DNA of 64,000 bases from Podospora anserina (lineage: Eukaryota): NCBI GenBank assembly GCA_017654855.1, contig CM030336.1:1922001-1986000 (forward strand). Reading direction: 5' to 3'. The notes below the pieces were generated by a model that searched no databases, was not told the origin of the DNA, and saw nothing but the letters and a program-made list of their open reading frames with translations. Numbering within the stretch: position 1 is the stretch's first letter; each line of letters begins with the position of its first letter. The position numbers and the translations under genes are program-made. Shown here piece by piece: positions 38,149-52,119 of the stretch.

Positions 38149-40588
38149 GATGGGGATGGGGAGGGGGGAGATGAAGGTGTAGATGTGGGAGGTTTGAAGA
38201 CTGTGAAGTGTGAGAGGTTGAAGACTGTGAGAGATTGAAGACCGTGAGAGGCTTTGGAAACTGTGAGAGGGCCGAGTAAATGGCATTGAGCCTTGGTGCT
38301 AATGGTTGATATTAGAAAAGAAAGGTAAGGTCAAGCACATGAGAGCGGTGAGTTTGCACGTACAAAGTCCAGAGTAGGCAGGTGTAAGTGATCCGACCTG
38401 TGGGCGATATCGTGACGACAAGGCATCTTATACCCCAGCACCTTCTCTTGTTGGGTTTCCCAGGATAGGCACTATCATAGGTAGGGCAAGGTAACATTGG
38501 AGTTCCCGGAACCATGGTGTGAAAATCAGATCACCTTTGTTGGCTGAAAGGGGCTAGGGCTACCTGGTTCTGGACCTGCCAAACCGAGGAGCACACGACA
38601 CACACCTTTGATGACCAAAAAGCACCCCACCACAAAATCTACATCGTATCCCCATTCGTATGTTCACCGATGATGATAGGTGACGAATTACCTCCCTGTG
38701 CATAAGGTAACAGGTAAACACCATGAATCTAGGGCGCTGCAGTCCTTCCCAGCTCCTGGAATCTCATCTGATCACTAACTGCAACGGTTCAACCGGTTAT
38801 GCCTTTGCTAGATCCTCCGAGACACCACGGATGACGTCCTCAGCCGTGTTCTCTCTCGCCTTGGTTGATACCTAGATCGGTGATAGCTCCGGCCGAATGA
38901 GGTGGCATATCTGGTCAGATCCCCGTTGACCTTTTTATCAAGAAAAAGCAAGGGGTTCCGGGAAACCTGAGGGATTTCATGATCGGATTTCCGATCTGGC
39001 GTGCTATTGGAGAGTTTGGGTGATCACAGCAGCAGAATGGGAAAAGCAAACATGAATTTTTTTAGGGCCGCGCAGCAATGAGCCGCACTTTGGATGACTG
39101 TCAAGACGGAGGTTTCCGAGCGTGCTGGCTGCAGGTTGGAGGATTTAAGGTCGGTGAGCAGCTGGAGACGGCACTTCAGAGATGAAGGTTTACGGGATGA
39201 GAGGTAGTATAGGTAGGTATATATGCTTGATATTCTCTTGATGGATCGTCGCTAAGAGCATGTAGGTATACACAACTAGGTTACACTGCCCCTTTCAGAC
39301 CCAGTTTGGCTGCATCATTGTGAATGCGGGGTTCGGGACCGAAAAAGTGGTGTGACTTTGATCTGATAGGAGGGGTTTGGTGCTGTTCGACATATCCTGT
39401 GATAGTTATCAGTGTAGGTATGAAATGAAGTCAGCCAACAGGGCACAAACACATTCCATCTGATGATGTATCTATCTCCTTCAACTTTCTCGAGTCTCTA
39501 ATCAAGTCTGTCATTGTCTGATGTTGAAAGCTCCCCGCCAAAGAGCCAACGTTGAGGCTTGGCATGGATATCACCTACCCACAGTACCTATTCATCCGAG
39601 ACCCTGAATTGATACTGATACTGGTCCAAGACATACCTGATTAAAGAAGATATCCCCAAGAAAAGACCTTGTGCTCACTGACACCAGATCGTATCGTTCA
39701 ACACGTGGGAGATCTGAGGGCAAGCATCCGGGACATCCTGACAAAGATATGCAGGGATGGCCCTGACCAGGCGATCAGCCAAACGATCTGGGGATTCCAA
39801 AGCCTTGGCAGCACTCCTTCTGGAAGCCAATGCCGGGGCCGACGCGAATGTCAGATGAGCTTCCACGCTTCTCGACCGAGCCCCTGAATACGCGTTCATA
39901 TCGGTGATACGGAGTATTGGGCAACCAACCTGTTAGAAGGAGCGGAAGCACGGTCATCTCAACACAACTTCCAAGCTCCCGTCTTTGAGGACCAGAGACT
40001 GGCTGTCACTGTTACTAGCGCTGGCCAACGACGGAAGCTCGGTCCATCTTCCACCTCAATTACAGTGGACACCCCGCGCCTGCGCCACCAAGAAACGACG
40101 TCTGAGAAACAAGAAAGCCGCTAACAATTTTGGAGCTCCCCGTTCGTCCAAGTGCCACTCACAGTCGCGCTCCAGCTCCCATCCTTTGGGCACGAGTTGT
40201 CATCGTAATTGGCGTCGCCTGTTCCGAGTGGGAACTGTTTATATTGTTCTCCAGGACCCTTTTCGATAATCAACTCTCGAACACTGTTCATTAAATCCCC
40301 AAAGGCCTGGAGACGCGGCTCCCCCCGGCAGATGAAACCGAACGAGCCCCTTGGTTGCAATTCGATCGAGAAACGAGATTACAACATCCAGGCGACTTCA
40401 CTGTTTGCAAGACACCACCAGCCCAGCCACCACCTACGGATACCTCACCCTGACTGCTATCAAGAGCCCGTTTGATCAATCCCTTGCTCTCCAAACTCAC
40501 CATCACCAGTCAAGTGGGCGTTTGCCGACGGTACTTGGGGCGTTTGGTTGGTGGATGAGGACCAGGTCCTGTCCGACGGCGCCGAGGG

Positions 40589-43495
40589 ATGCAGACGGCA
40601 AAGGGAAAGGCTGAGGCGCTTGGACGGAAGGCCAAGGTGTGTTTTCCTTCTTCTCTCGAGTCTGGGTTGTTCTAGTGTGTAATCGTGATAGCTAATCATG
40701 ATCTCTCTTCGCTCTGTCTAGCTCACTCAGTCGTACCAAGAGCTCCTTGAGTAGGCCCGCCCACCAACGAGACCATCGCTACGATTGTATCACGCTGACC
40801 AACCTGTTCCCACAGCGAGTTCTCCAACAAGGACCTGAAATCTGTCGGAAACTACACTCTAGGCCGGTTAATAGGAAAAGGATCCTTTGGCAAGGTTTAC
40901 CTTGCTACCCACAAACTCACAAATGGCTCCAAGGTTGGTTCTGAGCCGCGCATGCCATTGGGCAAGGGCAGTCGTTGATGTGTTTATTTTTTTTATTTCT
41001 AGGTTGTTCTCAAGTCGGCGAAGAAGGACGATGCCAACCTGGCCCGCGAGATTCACCACCACCGCCAATTTGTACACCCACACATAGCAAGATTATACGA
41101 GGTGATTGTGACCGAATCCATGGTATGGCTGGTGCTGGAATACTGCTCGGGTGACGAACTCTACAACTATCTGATCGACCATGGCAAACTCCCCGTCGAA
41201 AAGGTGCAAAAGACGTTTACGCAGTTGGTCGGCGCCGTGTCCTATGTCCACCAACAGAACTGCGTTCATCGCGACTTGAAGCTCGAGAATATCCTTCTCG
41301 ACAAGAATGAGAACGTCAAGCTGTGCGACTTTGGCTTCACCCGGGAATACGAGGGCAAGGCCAATTACCTTCAGACCTTTTGCGGCACCATATGCTATTC
41401 GGCCCCCGAAATGCTAAAGGGAGAGAAATACGCCGGCGAGAAGGTGGACGTGTGGAGCTTGGGGGTCATCTTATACGCTTTGCTCACGGGTGAGCTGCCG
41501 TTTGACGACGACAACGACCAGGTCACGAGAACCAAGATATTGACGGAGGAACCAAACTATCCCGATTTTATACCAGCCGACGCCTTGTCACTCCTCAAGC
41601 TGCTCCTCTCGAAACGCCCCCTGCTACGACCGACACTACCGGATATTCTGGCGCATCCTTTCCTCGCCGAGCACGCACCGCAGCAGCAAGAGATCCTCAA
41701 ACTGGAACGACCGGCACCTTTTTCGACCCCTCTTGAGAAGGAGGTACTGCACCGGATGAAGAGTGCCGGGGTGGATATCGAGGCTGTGATGGAGAGCGTC
41801 ATTTCTCAACGATGCGATGCTCTGGGGGGTTGGTGGACGTTGCTGCTCGAAAAAGAAGTACGCAAAGTGATACGCAGAGAGAGGAAACGAAGAGAGAGGG
41901 CCGAGAATAGGAATTCACGCCGCTTTTCCCAAGCTTCCAGTCGACTGAACGCTCTGGCGACGGTCGAGGAATCCCAGTTCGCGAAGCTCTCAGATACCCC
42001 CCATAGGACACGGGGCCGGAGCCAGAGGAGAAGCGCCCACTACCCTAGCTTGACGATTCCGGACTTGCCCGGGTTTGCCGACTTTTCCAAGACTGGAAAC
42101 GGAAATCTTGCTCTTAGTCCTGATGGGGAGGTGCCACCTCCACCGATTGACAAGGACTCGATAAGGTCAGTCAGCTCGTCGAGGCATCGGAGGCCGATCC
42201 CACCACCAAAGGAAGGGGTTCTAAGAAGCGCACGCTCTAGGGGCAGCACCCTCCATCTAGTGACGACAACAGACGCGCTAGAGGCCACCACCACCTCGCA
42301 GGCAGGTGACCCAAAGAAGGTGAAGAAACGACCGTCACATGCCATCCTTGCGACGTGGAAGAACTGGACACATTGGCTCTTTGAGCACACGGGGATGAAG
42401 AATGCCAGCAGGCGTGGAGGAAGCCAGTCGGCACCTAACCTTCTTTCCAAGCAGACAAGCGCAAAGGATACCAAGTCAAAAGATGCCAGTCCCCGGCCCC
42501 AGACCAGCAAGTATCCGGTGAGCGGGTCTAATGCAGCTCCTGCTACCGCCAGCCTACCCAAGAGTGTGGTTGCCAATGGCTACCCACCCCGCGGCTCTTC
42601 GGCAGCTCAAGGGACGTCGTCCAACCCAATATCGCCGACCTTGTCGACCCCATCCATGCACCATCCCCGGATGCCCAGCTCCTCTGGGTACAAACGGCAG
42701 TCCATGTCGCCTTCACCTTTGACACCCCGCTCAACCATCCGGCGATCCTCTGGGCCCACTGGACTCCGCGGACGAAAGTCTACCTCGTCATCTGTCTCGT
42801 CAGTGCGGTCCCTGCATCACACGCACCACCATAGCCACAGCAAGGCTAGCTCAACGTCGTCGAACGGTTCCGTCTCCACGTCGGTTTCCAAGACGCCAAT
42901 GCAGAATGCTCGAAGTCCCCACCACTCTGTCAAGGTTTTACCGGCCACTCCTACCGGCAACACCTTTCCCAGCAACATCCGTCTTGTGCGGGACCGCAGC
43001 GGACCACCCCTGAGCGTCTTCAACGAAGGACTACCGGCCTTCAACGGAGCCATGATTCCACAGCCCCCAGGCAGCCCGAACCCGTTTTCGGGTAACGGAG
43101 TCATGTTTGCCAAACGCAAGCGGAACATCTTCAAGGGGCCCATGCTGAGTTTGTCAGGTTCAAGAGACACACGCAGTTCGGGGTCTGGATCAGCAAGCCA
43201 CTCTAGAAGTGCGAGTGCTAGCGGTCTCGGGCGTAGGAGCGGCGAGATGGCGATTCAGGAGGTGGACGAGGACGACGAAGACGACAATCTGACCGAACGG
43301 GGAAGGGGTCCTCCCAGTGTGACAGACGAACTTGAAGAGGTGGAAGAGGTTGACTCTTTCTCGCCAATCGTCAAAGGCCCGGGCGAGATTGTGGAGGAGA
43401 GGATTTATGAGGAGGGAGAGGAAGAGGCAGAGTTGAAAGCTGGGTTGCCTGGCTTGCAGCCCGCGGCGACGATAACACCATCGCCCGTGTTATGA
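40589..43495 (+). CDS. CAMK/CAMKL Ser/Thr protein kinase (S. pombe Ppk16-like), 4 exons (introns 40637-40721, 40751-40815, 40934-41002)
   Basis: Spliced MQTAKGKAEALGRKAK|LTQSYQELLD|EFSNKDLKSVGNYTLGRLIGKGSFGKVY, HRDLKLEN, DFG, TFCGT..YSAPE and DVWSLG; long Ser-rich tail. Confidence 0.93.
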
Positions 43496-46269
43496 GGACG
43501 GTGTGCACAAAACATCTATCTTTTTTCTGTCTTTGCTAATCTGCATGAGAACATGAGTGACGGGGGACCAGGCCGGGGCCTGGTATGCCCGGTACGGCCG
43601 AGAAATAAGTGAGGAGTTACAGAAGTCAGAGCTGAAGCGGGGATGTGTAATAGTTGCCGCAAGAAGTGGCGGCGTGTTCCAAGCATGGGCTGGCTGTATA
43701 TCTAGCTACAGCAGTAGCACGTTATTGTTGCTTTTCCTTTGTCTTTACAGCCGGGCGTGTTTTGAGCTTGTATTGTAGTTGTTAAGGATACCACTTGAAA
43801 GAATTTCTTTTTGCTGTTTATGTTGTTGATTTCAAATATCATTGACTCACGTCGTCGTTCACGGGTTGTATTGTTGGGGAGCAGGAACAGCTTCCGGAAA
43901 CTGTGGTCTGGTCGGCAAGTGCCGCCGTCTGCCTAATCTCATGATCACTTCATACATCTTTTTCAAACCAAGCGTAGGGATCATTTTCGTCCCGGAAGGC
44001 TCGGTGATGATAGTTGCAAAAGATGTCCGAGAAGGCAGCCATTAGCGTGGGAATGTCAAGTGACCTGTCAGCCAGTCTTGCAGCCGTCTGGGGATGCGAT
44101 GTTCCTGCAGTTTCCCATACACCCATACACTTGGAACACTAGAAGGCAAAATATCAGCTTGGCGCTCGTCGGGGGAGGACGACGGGTTGAGGCTATTGGC
44201 TCATTGGACAATGGTAAGCGATTGGGGAGTCTGGGCTGAAGAGAGGGCCGAATGTCGGACTTTGTGACAGGTACCTGGTAAGGCAAGGTCAGGTACGGTG
44301 AGGGGGGGTGCTGAGTGTGATATGCTGAGCTTCACGAGGTTTGAGGTTGGCTGAGATGATTCCCATCTCTATTCTTAGCTGAATATATGTCTCCTCCTCT
44401 CCTGTCCTGGTTTTCAGCATGTGTGGTTCGAGGGTAGGTCGCTGGCTCTTTGGGCGAGTGGCACCCTCCCACATGCAACCAATTAATATCGAGCCGTGTT
44501 TTGGGGGGGGCTTGGGTTGCACACAACGTGCCGCCGACCACAGTTTCGCACACCCAGACCTTTGCTGCTGCGAACTATTGCAACTACTGCACGCCCTGCA
44601 TCTGCCCCCCTCACGAGCCTAGCCTCACTCTGTTCTCCCGACCCTGACATCAGGCGGGAGGAGGAGCGGGGGAAGCAAGCCACGATTCAGTAAATGTTTC
44701 TTCCCGTGACTCCCCTTAATGTTCACAAATTAATACTCATACCGGTAGGGCAGAGAGAAGCAGCTTCAACGCTTCCTCCCGCTTGCTTTGCCGGCCCCAG
44801 GTTTTGCCGTCCTTTGGGACTACAAAGCGAGTTCGACTGGCTGCACTGCTGACGATCTGGGTTACTCCGTAGCCATGCCCATCATATTAACCTGCCTGCA
44901 CGTCGCCGCTGCCGCCACATGGAGGCAGAGAGATTCCCAGCAGCTGGGGCAGGCCTGATCTGGTTCGATGGTCGATTAGTCGGGTCGTCGTCACGCAGGC
45001 CAAGAAAGCAACGACAAAATCCCGTGGATGATAGGCAGATAGCTGATGAGGTTTTGTGATACCGGCTCCGAAGGACGGGGGATGGGATGACAAGGACTTT
45101 AGCAGAGGGGCAGATCATCATTGCCTTTCCTCTCCCGGACAGTTTTCTCCTTTGACCTAGATTAGGTTACTTTTTTCCTGTTTATATGCCGTGCTTGTTG
45201 TACCTTACCCTAACCTACCTAAGCTCGGTCAGGTCTTCTTCTGGGATATGGTCCCCCTCATCACACACGGGTCCGGCTTACCCAAAACCGCCGCCGTGCT
45301 CACACACACATAAACAAACTCGGATATGCACTCATGTATTGTCCATGGATATCTCCTCTTCCCCCCCCCCCTTCCCCCTTGACCAAGTTGAAAGGGTTCT
45401 GGATCGCCAAGATACGCCCACACATCCACACACTACAGTTCACCTCCGATTCCATGCCTAGCGTCAAGCGGCTCACTCGCAGCCGGAGTCACATCACGGC
45501 TCTTGTCTCCGAGGCGGCGGCCGAGTTTTGACGTTCGGTCCCGGATAGTGAGGCTATCACGGTCAAAACCATAGATTATTGTCTTTTCGGGAGTTCTGGG
45601 CGAAGCAGGCAGCTAGGGTATCATTGCTTCCCCTTGCAAAAAAGCACTATGAGTTTTTCGTGGTGGTGGTGGTGGTGGTGTCGGGCTTCAACTTGACCTG
45701 TTTGAGGTGGGTTATCAGAGTGGCTTGTTTTGTCGAGGAACACTGGGATGTGTGTGTGTGTGCGCGTGTGTGTGTGTGACGAGAAAGTTGTTCACCACCA
45801 CATGGTCGGACGGAGATGTTGTGCTCATTTGCCTCCCGAGACACGACCTGGTGGATGGTGGAAAAGGAATTTTCTCTCTCTTTTGGGAGACAAGGGTCAT
45901 GTCTGGGAGGGGTCACTCATTCTGCTTGGACCAGTTTCGATGGATGGTGGGCTTTGGGTGGAAAGGGGGAGGGGGTGATATTGAGATAGGTAGCTGAGGG
46001 TTCAAGTGGTCGGAGTATAAAGATGAGTATTATCCCGATCTTCTGTTGGTTGTATGTCTCACTTTGTTCCTTGAGGTTTTGTGAGTACTACCTACCCTAG
46101 GTACTGGACTCTACCACCGTCTTCTCTTCCAACTTGAGCATTGCCCAAGGTTCAGAGGTTTTTATTTTCTTGTGTCCTTTGGACGGGTGCTACCAACCTG
46201 TGTTCCAATCGTCCTTGAAGTAACTGTCCGTTGAAGTCTCATCGGACAGTTTTTTTGGGGGTGAGGATC

Positions 46270-48472
46270 ATGATGGTTACCACCAAGGTTGTCTCCAACA
46301 TGCTTCTGTCCTACGCGGCTATTTTCCTGTGGTGGTGTCTCGTCCCGGTTGGTGGTGCGGTCGCTCTGGGTTCTTCCCTCGAGCAGCCTGTTACGCCGCT
46401 GCTGAGGCCGCGATCACAGCGGCTACAGCCGAGACAGACGTGCAACACTGCGACGAACAGGCAGTGCTGGACCACGAGCCCGGCGTTCAATATCAATACT
46501 GACTGGGAGGCTTCGACGCCGGTGACGGGTGTGACAAGGACTTATACCTTTACGCTGACGGAGGTGAATAACTGGATTGGTGGAGATGGGGGGATCAAGG
46601 CGAAGGCTATGCTGGTGAATGGTATGTTTTTCTGTTCTATCGTAGATTTCAAACAAGGTTGGAACTAATATCTGTGTCTAGGTCAATTTCCTGGTGAGTA
46701 CCAACTTGATGGACAAATTAAGGAACAGTGATTCTGATTGGTGTTTTTCGACAGGACCAACGATTACAGGCAGTAGGTTTGATTTTCTGACGTTAAAGCA
46801 GAAGATTCAAAGGCTAACAAACTACAGATTGGGGAGACAGAATCAATGTTACCGTCGTCAACAACCTCGTCAGCAACGGGTGAGTCGCCGTTTACGACTC
46901 AATTTGATGATCCCAACAGCTAACTGGTTGGGCTAGCACATCTATCCACTTCCACGGCATCCACCAAAAGAATACCAACAACAATGACGGCGTTAGTGGT
47001 GTGACCGAGTGCCCGATTGCTCCTGGGAGAAGTAAGACTTACTCTTTTATTGCGACGCAATACGGCACTGCCTGGTGAGTTCAAGCTGAGTTGAAGCAGC
47101 ATGTACCAGGCGCTGATAACAAGCCAGGTATCATTCCCATTTCTCAGCACAGTATGGCAACGGTGTTCTGGGAGCCATTCGCATCAACGGCCCAGCATCA
47201 AGCAATTACGACGATGATCTTGGTCCGCTCGTGATTAGTGACTGGTATTACGGCTCGGCGTTTGCGCTGGCACACCGAGTCAACAGCCCTACGAATCCAT
47301 AGTATGATAACCCCTGATGTTGGGTTGATCTGAGATGGCTAACCACCAGTAGCATCCCCGGCTTCCCCGGGTCGCCACCTCCTAGTGACAACATTCTGTT
47401 CAATGGCCTGAACAGAAGAGCCAACGGTGCTTCGGGAAGCTATCGCAGGTTCACCCTCACGGCCGGACGAAAGCACCTCCTCAGACTCATCAACGGCTCA
47501 GTCCAAGCCAGTTTCACCGTGTCCTTGGTAGGACATTCCTTCACCATCGTCGCCACCGACATGGTCCCTATCACGCCCGTCACGGTAACAAGCCTCTACA
47601 TTGGCGTCGGCCAAAGATACGACGTCATCATCAACGCCAACCAGCCCGTAGCCAACTACTGGTTCAACACCACCTTCTCCTCGGCCCCCTGCGGCGGAGC
47701 GACCAACCGCCCAGCCATGATCTTTCAATACTCCGGCGCACCCACCGCAAACCCTACCTCCGCGGGAACAGTCCCCCCCGACTCCCGCTGCGCCGATTCT
47801 CTCAACTACACCCCCATCGTCAGCAAGTCTGTCCCCTCAGCCTCCTTCACAACAGGCAACACCCTCAACACCCGACTCCAAATCTCCACCACCGGCGGCA
47901 TCTCCCGAGTCTACTGGCCAGTAAACAACACCCCCATGAAAGTAAACTGGAACAACCCAACCCTCGAGTACGTCAAAAACTCCAACACAGGCACCATGCC
48001 CGCAAACACAAACGTCATCTCCGTCCCTACCGCAAATCAATGGACCTTTTGGCTTATTGTAAACAACTCCTCCATCCCTCACCCCGTCCACCTCCACGGA
48101 CACGACATCCTCATCCTCGGCGCCAGCCCCGCCCTGGCCGCGCCGATCAACCCGACTAATCGGCTGAGGCCGTACAACCCCTCTGTTGATGGCCCGGCCT
48201 TGAAAATTGCGAACCCGACGAGAAGGGACACGACGATGCTGCCGGCGTGGGGGTGGTTGGCGCTCGCGTACCGGACGAACAATCCGGGGGCGTGGCTGAT
48301 GCATTGCCATATTGCCTGGCATGCTAGCCAGGGGTTTAGTGTGCAGTTTTTGGAGCAGCTGACGAGTATACCGACGGTGATGAATCTGAATGAGTTGACG
48401 GGGAATTGCAATAATTGGGATGCGTTTTACCCGAGTGGGGCGCCGTTTTTGCAGGATGATTCGGGGATTTGA
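46270..48472 (+). CDS. Secreted laccase / multicopper oxidase (AA1), 7 exons
   Basis: Signal and propeptide ending LQPR; copper motifs [17 protein letters not shown] and HCHIAWH; C-terminal DSGI; microexons 46682-46693 and 46755-46772. Confidence 0.95.
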
Positions 48473-48705
48473 TTTCTTGGGTTTGGGGGTTTGTTTTGTT
48501 TTTGATTTTTTTTTGATTGGGGGCGGAGGGGGGCTGTTTACTACTGGGACGTGTTTGTCGGTTTCTTGAGCACCTTGTTTTTCTTAGTTCGACCGTGTAT
48601 TTGTGCTCGAGAGTGAATAAACGCTGTATTATTGCTCCTTATTACAAACATGGTAACGAAAGGGGTATTGCAATCTCCTGTCTCTCTAGGTCTCATGTTT
48701 CTCCA

Positions 48706-49222
48706 TTACTTCTGCTCCTTCTTCCCAAACCCCAACCAACCCCCCGCCGCCTTCCCCCCATTCACCACCCCGCTGCCCACCGTCTTCCCTCCCTCAACAA
48801 CACCACCAACAAGGGTATTCCCCGCCCCGCTGACGGCATTGCTGTTTCCCCCGGGGACATACCCGCCCTGACCATCCTTGCCCTTTCGCTCAAGCCTGTT
48901 GACTCCCTCCCTGGAGAGTAAATCGCCGACTGGTCTGCCCAGGCCGTCCTGGCCGAGCTGGGAGGAGGCAGTGGTGTGGATGTTGTCTTGGAGGGTGTCG
49001 GCTTGGGAGATGCCGGTTACTTTTGTTTTGTCGAGGTTTTCTAGAGGGACGACTGGGTTAGTGGCTATAGTGGCTAGGAAGGGAAAGGGAAAGGGAAAGG
49101 GATATACCTTTGGTGGTGTAGCTTGCTTTGTTGTCGCGGGTGAAGTAGCGGAGGTAGAGGTCTTCGAGGTAGGGAACCCAGGTTTCGTAGAGTGTGTTGT
49201 ATTGGGTTTTTGTCCACTCCAT
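48706..49222 (-). CDS. Small fungal hypothetical protein, 2 exons (intron 49041-49107); absent from the ORF track
   Basis: Manual splice gives MEWTKTQYNTLYETWVPYLEDLYLRYFTRDNKASYTTK|ENLDKTKVTGISQADTLQD...LLSREGVNRLERKGKD, then a Gly-rich tail and TAA; canonical GT..CTAAC..TAG intron. Confidence 0.82.
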
Positions 49223-49759
49223 TTTTTTGCTTGTTTTCGATGTTCCGATTTAGGGAAGATAAGGTAGGTAGGTCAGGTGCGTGTTGTTGTTGAATTAATT
49301 TTCAGTTTGGGTTTTATGTTCTAGGTAGGTAGGAGACGGGAGAATGGGAAACCAAAACTTGAGGCTGGATAGACCGAATGACCCCTTATTATGTCTGCTT
49401 TCTCGTCACCTACCCAAGCAATCTTGATTTTGGGCACCGACTTACACGCGAAGAAACAAGTGTGGCTGCTGGGGGCAATGATGAAATGTGGCGGGTGGAT
49501 GCTACGTCATGCTGGGATGACTTTTCCCTGTTTTGGATGTTGACGGGTGGAAGTCGCCAATCAACGGCAGGGACGTTGGCGATAGGAGGTGTCACAAGCC
49601 ACACCTCCTTCATGATTGGGATTATAGCATAATTTTCGTTATTGGAGGATTTCTGGGTGCTGGAGAAAATATGGTGAAAAATGAAAACAGGGATATGATG
49701 GTAACACTTTCTTCTTCAAAGTTACAGAGAAGAACAGTCACAAGCGTTACTCTACCCCG

Positions 49760-50300
49760 GCGGGGATTGGGAGTAGGATTGACGGTGCCATTCGGGATAG
49801 CAGCCTTCCTAATCGCCCAAACTCGTAGACCATCTGCTCCATGCTCGATCTCAATTTCCGTGTCAGCACAATCCGAGTATTTCTGCCATACTCCCTACAC
49901 TAGCATCACCGCAAAGCAAAAAGAAGGAAATCGGGCTTGATATTCAAACTGACCTTCCCCAGTGCCAACAAAACAACCTTTTACATAACCTGGGACGTAC
50001 TCAAGCATCCCATCACAAAGGGAATAAGCTGGCCAGTAGAATCGATAGTGTTGATGCCTCGGATGTCATTCCAGCGAATTGTGTACTCGATGCTGAGGAT
50101 GAACCAAGCTATACTACCCAGTTGAAGAAGGTTCCAAACCACCACGCATATTTTCTGATATAATAGCAGTGGTTTCTCGGCCGAGTTTGAACTCTCACCA
50201 CTCCAACCTACCGACATTGTCTTTGGCTCTGCCGATACATTCTGCGCCTGGCTCGGGATCAAGCAGCAAGCTGAGCCATGCTTGGCGTCCATTAACTTCT
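49760..50300 (-). pseudogene. Relic 3' part of a fungal membrane-protein gene
   Basis: WFILSIEYTIRWNDIRGINTIDSTGQLIPF motif; in-frame TAA at 49981 followed by KVVLLALGK and a GTCAGT donor; no recognisable 5' exons. Boundaries are approximate. Confidence 0.6.
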
Positions 50301-51110
50301 TGCCGCGGTCAATAACCTACATCAGCAGGGAGGAAGCGGGAAAAGCCGAAGGGATGCAATACCCATCACGAGAATTATCCCAGAGCCTCGTGAAGCGTCG
50401 TGCCTGTAAGCCACGAACCACTGGCCCTGCCTTGGCGTCGCAGGGGCAAACTGGAACACAAACTACATAGTTCTATTGCTTGGGAATCAATCAGTCATAT
50501 TTATCGAACCATATTTGAACAAACGACGTAAGTAACGTATATTATAAGCGAGTGACCCATATAAGCGAGTGACCCACTTCCTTCGTAACATAACACCTTC
50601 GCACTCAACAACAATTTCCTCAACCATCCAAGATACCTTCTAATTCAAATGAAGCCTATATAATTTTAGCCCTCCAAGCACTTTAAAACGACAAGAATCT
50701 AAGCGAACGAGCCGCAGCTAAGATCTATGGAGTCGATCGTAAGACTCTAGGGCGTCGGCGCGCTGGCCGGCCTACACGACGCGATACTACGCCCAAATCG
50801 AAGAAGCTTACTTAATCCGAAGAAAAGGTTATTATTTAATACGTTATTAAGCTATATATATGAGTTTTTCTACTAAGATTACGTGGTATGGAAAATATAG
50901 TTAACCAATTACTATACGTACGCGACGCGCCCCCTATTAGTAAGCTCTAGGTATATAACTTCGTTAAACGTTAGCCATAATTCTATATACGTTTTATACG
51001 TAAATACGATTATTAGAGAGCTAAATGTAAGGATCTAAAGGTTATTACCGAGTGGTTTACGTTCGTACGGAATACTAAGGCTAAGTACGGTATTATAAAT
51101 AACGATATTT

Positions 51111-51508
51111 TATCACGAATATAATATAGATACCCGTAAAAAACAATTAATAGGGAAAAGGAAGTACGGCAGCTAATTAAGAGAAAGGAGAATGGACCAA
51201 TAAGAGGTGGATTATCCGGGATATAAAGGAATCATAAGCGATTCTCAGGAATCACTTATAATCCTTAAAAGTCGGTTATAATCCAGGGAAAAACAAAATA
51301 ATCCAGGCTTAACATTAAGTTTATATATACAGAGGAATTAAATAGCTTATAAATAGTTCCGTAATATATAATTTATAATTATATTTACGATATTTTATAT
51401 TTATATTAAAATATCTTATTATATATTATTTAGCTACACCGAACTAATTATTAGAAGTTACTTTTAACCTGTATCCCTTTTAAAAGTTTTGTATAGAAGT
51501 TCGTTATA
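51111..51508. mobile_element. Solo LTR copy 1 (398 bp), RIP-mutated
   Basis: Ends TATCACG...CGTTATA (RIP form of TG...CA), flanked by the 5-bp TSD TATTT; co-linear with 52120-52517. Confidence 0.92.
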
Positions 51509-52119
51509 TATTTATAACTTCGACGAGACTAGGTTTATAATAGGCATTATTTTCGCGGGTATAGTAATTACGACCTCGAACGGCCTTAATAAAGCAAAAC
51601 TAGCCTAGCCTAGTAACCGCGAATGGACAACCGTAATCTAGGGAGTTAATACCTTCGGCTAAGCCATCCCTCCTTTTATTATTTCAGCCGCATAATATTA
51701 CTTTACTAACTAATATACTAAGTGCAATCTACCGTTTACCTAACGTATCGTAATTACCGATAATAGCTGGACTACTAATACGGTAAGCTTAAATTAAATT
51801 AAGTACTTTGACTACCATACGGCGCCCCGTATAAAAAACAAATACCGGTTATTAATCCTCGACAGCCATAAAAGCTACTACTCGACCGAATTTAAACGTT
51901 ACTACTAGCAAAACAATATTATTACGCTTTACATACCTCCACACTCCTCCCACCTCCTCCAGCCACTCGATATTAGCTACTTTAGGCCGTTAAAACAAGC
52001 GTACGGTCGCTAAATCGAGGACTTAATACGCATATATATTAACTATATAAGCAAGCTCGAGTTCCTTTATGCCTTCCGCGAGGCCTTCTTCGCCTCTATA
52101 ACAGAGAAGAATATATAGG

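Noticed and set aside
38670..38772. Possible C/D box snoRNA (ATGATGA ... CTGA)
   Set aside because: No clear terminal stem and only about 8 nt of possible rRNA complementarity, which is compatible with chance
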